From an uncultured Rhodobacterales bacterium (lineage in GTDB: Bacteria; Pseudomonadota; Alphaproteobacteria; Rhodobacterales; Rhodobacteraceae), in contig CAZPOK010000001.1 in assembly GCA_964587905.1 (NCBI GenBank), positions 1 to 49,431 of the forward strand: DNA of 49,431 bases, given 5' to 3'. This document shows, in pieces, positions 43,916 through 49,431 of this stretch. Each line of letters begins with the position of its first letter. Position 1 is the stretch's first letter. Both the position numbers and the translations under genes were made by a program. The notes under the pieces were generated by a model that did not search any database, was not told the origin of the DNA, and saw nothing but the letters and a program-made list of their open reading frames with translations.

Positions 43916-44110
43916 GGGCAGTCCAGGATAGATACACGAAACGCCGTAGATCGAGCCCCCTCACGTGCCGACGAGGGAGTGTCGGTCGGAGGCCGAGCGG
44001 CTGTTGTACAGTCCGGGGGAATTCTTGCAGAAGTGTGTGTCTTGTCGGAGGAAACACCGCCCGATGCGGGAAATGTTCGGAGGCCGGTGCGCAAACGGCG
44101 GCCTTCCGGG
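43885..44110 (-). ncRNA. Candidate small RNA ending at the orphan terminator (5' end undetermined, possibly near 44014)
   Basis: The 394-bp spacer has no plausible ORF. The minus strand carries CCTCCGA three times (43992..43986, 44051..44045, 44083..44077) and CTCCCTC in a hairpin loop (CCGAC-ACTCCCTC-GTCGG), followed by the terminator. A weak promoter-like CCGACA-N16-AAGAAT sits near 44048..44021. Confidence 0.3.
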
Positions 44111-44148
44111 TATCCTCCTCGGCGGCATCGGCACGGTCGGGGGGACGT

Positions 44149-45024
44149 ATGCAGACACTACTGGAGCTGGGGCTCCCCGTCGGCCTCTTCCTCATCATGT
44201 TCTGGCTGGGGCTCGACCTCTCGTTTCAGGATTTCGGACGCGTCCTGAAGCGGCCCGGAGCCTTCCTGCTGGGCATTCTCCTCCAGGTAGTGGCGCTTCC
44301 GGTGATCGCCGTCGCGATCATCCTGCTGTGGCCCGTGCCGCTGTCATCGGGCCTCGTCCTGGGCATGATGGTCCTTGCCGCGTCGCCGGGCGGGCTGACG
44401 TCGAACCTGTTCACGCGCCTTGCCGGCGGCGACACGGCGCTGTCCATCTCGCTTACCGCCGTGATGAGCCTCGCGTCCATTGCGACAGTTCCGATGATCC
44501 TGCTGGTTGCGTTCGGGGCTCTCGACATTTCGCGTCCCGCTGATGCCTCGGCCGTCGGCTTGGCCGCGATGCTCTTTGCGATGGTCGCGCTGCCCGTATC
44601 GCTTGGGATTCTGGCAAAGGCCCGGCTTGCCGCGTCCGCTCTGCGCATCGAACGGGCTGCCCGGCCCGTCGCCGCATCGGTGCTGGTGGCGCTGCTGGGG
44701 CTGGCCGTCATCGAGAACTTCGATGCCCTCAGAGACAACTTCGGCGATGCTGCGATGCTGGCCCTCGCTCTGAACCTCGGGGCGATGACGACGGCCGTTC
44801 TCGCCGCGCGGATCTTTCGCGCGCAGCCCGAACAAGCGACCGCGCTCGCCTTCGAATGCGGATTGCAGAGCACGCCCACCGCGATCACCATCGTCGTGAT
44901 CCTGGAGCTTCCCGCGGAGGCTCTGGCGCCTGCAACCTTCTATGGGATCTGGATGCTCCTGAACGCCTCGACGATCACCGCGCTTCTTGCCTTCCGGCAG
45001 CGAGGCATCTCCGCGCGACCCTGA
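44149..45024 (+). CDS. Bile acid:sodium symporter (BASS/SBF) family transporter
   Basis: Start ATG 44149 (MQTLLELGLPVGLFLIMFWLGLDLSFQDF...) inside track ORF 44035..45024 gives 291 aa. AASPGGLTSNLFT is typical of the SBF family. Confidence 0.8.
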   Translation: MQTLLELGLPVGLFLIMFWLGLDLSFQDFGRVLKRPGAFLLGILLQVVALPVIAVAIILLWPVPLSSGLVLGMMVLAASPGGLTSNLFTRLAGGDTALSISLTAVMSLASIATVPMILLVAFGALDISRPADASAVGLAAMLFAMVALPVSLGILAKARLAASALRIERAARPVAASVLVALLGLAVIENFDALRDNFGDAAMLALALNLGAMTTAVLAARIFRAQPEQATALAFECGLQSTPTAITIVVILELPAEALAPATFYGIWMLLNASTITALLAFRQRGISARP

Positions 45025-45094
45025 TCCGTGGCCGGGACGGCGCCCCCGCCCGGCCGCCGGAAGAAACCGTCGTCCGACCAGTCAAATAAAGCTG

Positions 45095-45346
45095 CAACAA
45101 TTCGTCGCCACGCTATCGCGTGCGACCGGGTCGGCGACTGCCGTCCTCCGGAACCTGGCAAGCCGAGGCTGGGGGTACGCCATGACCCTCACCGGAATCG
45201 TCTGGGGAATGCTGCTTCTCGGAGAAGAGCTTTCTCTGGTGACATGGGGCGCCTTCGGGGTCATCGCGCTCGGCATGTATCTGGTGGAGCCGAAGATGAG
45301 GGACGAGGACCTGATCCTCCGGCGCAATTTCATAAGCGCGGGCTGA
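45095..45346 (+). pseudogene. C-terminal remnant of a DMT/EamA-family transporter gene
   Basis: The frame of track ORF 44987..45346 reads ...FVATLSRATGSATAVLRNL...MTLTGIVWGMLLLGEELSLVTWGAFGVIALGMYLVEPK. This is the last EamA repeat. There is no upstream remainder, because the BASS gene ends at 45024. Confidence 0.5.
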
Positions 45347-45482
45347 ACCCACCGCCCGGATCGCCGCGCGCTGCTTCGGAACATCGGCCCGGCACGCCGC
45401 GCCCGGTTTCGGGCTTGCGCGCGAGACGGCGGCCGATCTAGAGGAAGATCCGACGCCTCCGCCCCCTAACCGCGAGCCGAAA

Positions 45483-45953
45483 ATGACCCGGTACATCGAC
45501 CTTCTCGAACGCGACGAACTGCGCGCGGCGGGCATTCCCGATCCATGGCATCTCGGCCGCGCCGACCGGGTGCGGTTCCACGAACTCGACGCCCTGAACC
45601 ACGTCAACAACGCGACCTATCTCACATGGTTCGAGACCTTCCGGGTGGCCTACCTGATCCGGAACCGGATCGGCTACTTCGGGCCGGCCGCGCCGGTCAT
45701 CGTGCTGAAGACGGCGCGGATCGACTACCGCCGCCCGCTGCTCGTCGACGAGGACTACGTCGTGACCGGGCGGACGACGAGCCTGCGGCAGACGAGTTTC
45801 GTGATGGACTATGCCGTCTTCACCGCCGGCGAGATCGCCGCCAGCGGGGATGCGCTGCTCGTCCTGTTCGAAGCCGATGGCGAGACGCGGCGCCCCCTCT
45901 CCGACGAGATACGCCGCCGGATGATCGAAGAGGACGGCGCGACCGCGGAGTAG
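45483..45953 (+). CDS. 4HBT/YbgC-like acyl-CoA thioesterase
   Basis: 156 aa, with the hot-dog thioesterase motif VRFHELDALNHVNNATYLTWFE. Confidence 0.8.
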   Translation: MTRYIDLLERDELRAAGIPDPWHLGRADRVRFHELDALNHVNNATYLTWFETFRVAYLIRNRIGYFGPAAPVIVLKTARIDYRRPLLVDEDYVVTGRTTSLRQTSFVMDYAVFTAGEIAASGDALLVLFEADGETRRPLSDEIRRRMIEEDGATAE

Positions 45954-46017
45954 TCTCACCTGACGAGACCCCCGTCTTTGGCGACTCCGGCGCCTTGCCC
46001 CGTCCGGCCTCGGACAC

Positions 46018-47631
<1,614 letters not shown>

Positions 47632-47636
47632 TTTCG

Positions 47637-48308
47637 TCACTCCGCCCAGTGCACCGTGAGGTCTGACCAGACCGCACGGATCGGGGCTTCCTTCGGGGTC
47701 AGTTGCGCCGCCGCCTCGAGCGCCGCGCGCTTCGCGGCGCCGGTGATGACAAGGTGCTTGGACATCGCCCCGTCGAGCACCGGCGCCGTCAGCGTCACGC
47801 GCGCCTCGGGCGCGCCGGGGGCCCGCATCGCCATGACCGGGGGCGCGCGGTCGGAAAGGGCCTCCTCGAGGCGGTCGGCGCCGGGAAACAGCGAGGCGGT
47901 GTGCATGTCCTCCCCCATCCCCAGCAGCAGCACCGAGAGGGGAAGCTCCGCTTCCACGGCCTCGCAGATCTCCTCGAGCCGGTCCTCGGGCTCCGGCGCC
48001 TCGATATGGAACGGAATGAACCGCGCCGCGGCGGCGCGGTCGGTCATCAGGCGTTGCCTGATGAGGCGCGTGTTCGACCGGGGCGATTCCGCCGGCACCC
48101 ACCGCTCGTCGGTCAGCATGACATGCACCCTGTCCCAGTCGATATCGGCCGCGCAGAGCGCGTCGAAGACCGGTCCGGGCGTGGTCCCGCCGGGGACGGC
48201 GAACGACGCCCGGTGGTTGCGCATGAGAAACGAATTGAGCTCACCCGCCAACCGGTTCGCGAGGTCGATCATCATCATCTCGGCGTCGGGATACTCGACG
48301 AGCCTCAC
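47637..48308 (-). CDS. pgl: 6-phosphogluconolactonase
   Basis: 223 aa. The GTG start forms a GTGA overlap with the zwf stop. Motifs include [13 protein letters not shown] and [16 protein letters not shown]. Confidence 0.85.
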   Translation of the reverse strand: MRLVEYPDAEMMMIDLANRLAGELNSFLMRNHRASFAVPGGTTPGPVFDALCAADIDWDRVHVMLTDERWVPAESPRSNTRLIRQRLMTDRAAAARFIPFHIEAPEPEDRLEEICEAVEAELPLSVLLLGMGEDMHTASLFPGADRLEEALSDRAPPVMAMRAPGAPEARVTLTAPVLDGAMSKHLVITGAAKRAALEAAAQLTPKEAPIRAVWSDLTVHWAE

Positions 48309-49431
48309 GGCCTGATCTCCCTCCAGCGGCGTCCGTCCTTGTGGAGAAGCATCAGCGCGTCCTCGGGCCCCGCGGTTCCCGGATCGTAGACCTTCGGGCG
48401 ATCGCCGCGGCTGTCCCAGCCCTCGATGATCGGGTCGGTCCAGGCCCAGGCCGCGACGACCTCGTCGCCGCGCATGAACAGCGTCTGGTTGCCGCGAATC
48501 ACGTCCATGATGAGCCGCTCGTAGGCGTCGGGCACGTCGGACGCGTTCTCGCCCAAGGCATCCGCGAAGGTCATGTCGAGCGGCACCTCGATCAGACGCA
48601 TCCCCCCCGGTCCGGGCTCCTTGATCGTGACGTTGAGGTCCATCCCCTCGTTCGGCTGGAGGCGGATCGTCAACTCGTTGGCGTTGTTGCCCGCGTCCTC
48701 GTCGAAGATCGAATGCGGCGGCTCCTTGAAGCGCACGGCGATCTCGGACACGCGCGCCTTCATCCGCTTGCCGGTGCGCAGGTAGAACGGCGTGCCGTTC
48801 CAGCGCCAGTTCGCGATCGCGATCTTCATGGCGATGAAGCTTTCGGTGGTGCTCTTCGGGTTCTCGACGTCGTCGCGGTAGGACCCCTGCCCGCCCGCGC
48901 CGTCATACTGACCGCGCACGATGTCGGCCGGGTCGACCGGCTGCAGGGCGCGGATCACCTTGAGCTTCTCGTCGCGCACCGCATCGGGATCGAATTTCGC
49001 GGGCGGCTCCATCGCGATCAGGCAGAGAAGCTGCATCATGTGGTTCTGCACCATGTCGCGCATCGCGCCGGAGGTATCGTAGTAGCTGCCGCGCCCGCCG
49101 ACGCCCACGGTTTCGGCGACGGTGATCTGGATGTGGTCGACGAACTGGGCATTCCAGAGCGGCTCGAACAGGATGTTGCCGAAACGCACGGCCATCAGGT
49201 TCTGGACCGTCTCCTTTCCCAGATAGTGGTCGATCCGGTAGATCTGCGCCTCGTCGAAATACTGCGCGAGGGTCCGGTTCAGTTCCCGGGCGGAGGCGAC
49301 GTCGTGGCCGAACGGCTTCTCGACGACGATCCGGCACTTCGGCCCGGCGATGCCGTTCTCGTGCAGCCGCTCCGCCAGCGCCCCGAACAGCGACGGCCCC
49401 ACCGAGAAATAGAAGGCCCGGATCACGTCGC
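48305..49431 (-). CDS. zwf: Glucose-6-phosphate 1-dehydrogenase, C-terminal ~375 codons; the 5' end lies beyond the right edge
   Basis: It has EKPFGHD and the RIDHYLGKE active-site motif. The zwf-pgl-pgi order is typical. Confidence 0.9.
   Translation of the reverse strand, partial: DVIRAFYFSVGPSLFGALAERLHENGIAGPKCRIVVEKPFGHDVASARELNRTLAQYFDEAQIYRIDHYLGKETVQNLMAVRFGNILFEPLWNAQFVDHIQITVAETVGVGGRGSYYDTSGAMRDMVQNHMMQLLCLIAMEPPAKFDPDAVRDEKLKVIRALQPVDPADIVRGQYDGAGGQGSYRDDVENPKSTTESFIAMKIAIANWRWNGTPFYLRTGKRMKARVSEIAVRFKEPPHSIFDEDAGNNANELTIRLQPNEGMDLNVTIKEPGPGGMRLIEVPLDMTFADALGENASDVPDAYERLIMDVIRGNQTLFMRGDEVVAAWAWTDPIIEGWDSRGDRPKVYDPGTAGPEDALMLLHKDGRRWREIRP

Noticed and set aside
45954-46017. Possible bidirectional terminator between the thioesterase gene and pgi
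   Set aside because: Only a 5-bp stem (GTCTC...GAGAC) with a weak T-run is present, which is not convincing.

Overview
High-GC (roughly 65-73% in sampled lines) alphaproteobacterial, Rhodobacterales-like chromosomal segment that is almost fully coding. Most long ORFs in the six-frame track are antisense or read-through artefacts of the GC content, so I re-derived starts from SD motifs and stop/start overlaps. Left to right: rlmE (partial) and a Ppx/GppA phosphatase; a methyl-transfer cluster (small unknown protein, MetF-like reductase, pterin-binding methyl-THF:corrinoid methyltransferase, RACo/RamA-like 2Fe-2S + ASKHA activase) that looks like part of a split cobalamin methionine synthase; tRNA-Gly(CCC); an eight-gene, fully overlapping Mrp-like module in the order E-F-G-(DUF4040+B)-C-D-D-D with no MrpA; a TetR gene whose 22-bp palindromic operator recurs 5.6 kb away in front of a Liv-type ABC importer operon; a fused enoyl-CoA hydratase/3-hydroxyacyl-CoA dehydrogenase; a second Liv-type ABC importer; a complete phenylacetate (paa) catabolon (paaN, paaGIK, TetR-type paaR, paaY, paaZ, an extra PaaA-like ferritin-fold gene, paaEDCBA, paaJ, paaX) with several candidate operators; a lower-GC accessory patch (orphan wHTH-TPR regulator, POTRA-less TpsB/ShlB-type outer-membrane barrel, an orphan intrinsic terminator suggesting an sRNA, a BASS transporter, a DMT-transporter remnant, a 4HBT thioesterase); and pgi-pgl-zwf (zwf partial). 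I found no CRISPR array, IS element, integrase, phage or recognisable defence genes. The best candidates for something undescribed are the non-canonical Mrp-like module, the POTRA-less barrel with its regulator and putative sRNA, the sixth PaaA-like oxygenase-family gene, and the TetR operator pair. All functional calls rest on motif recognition by eye and need database confirmation.
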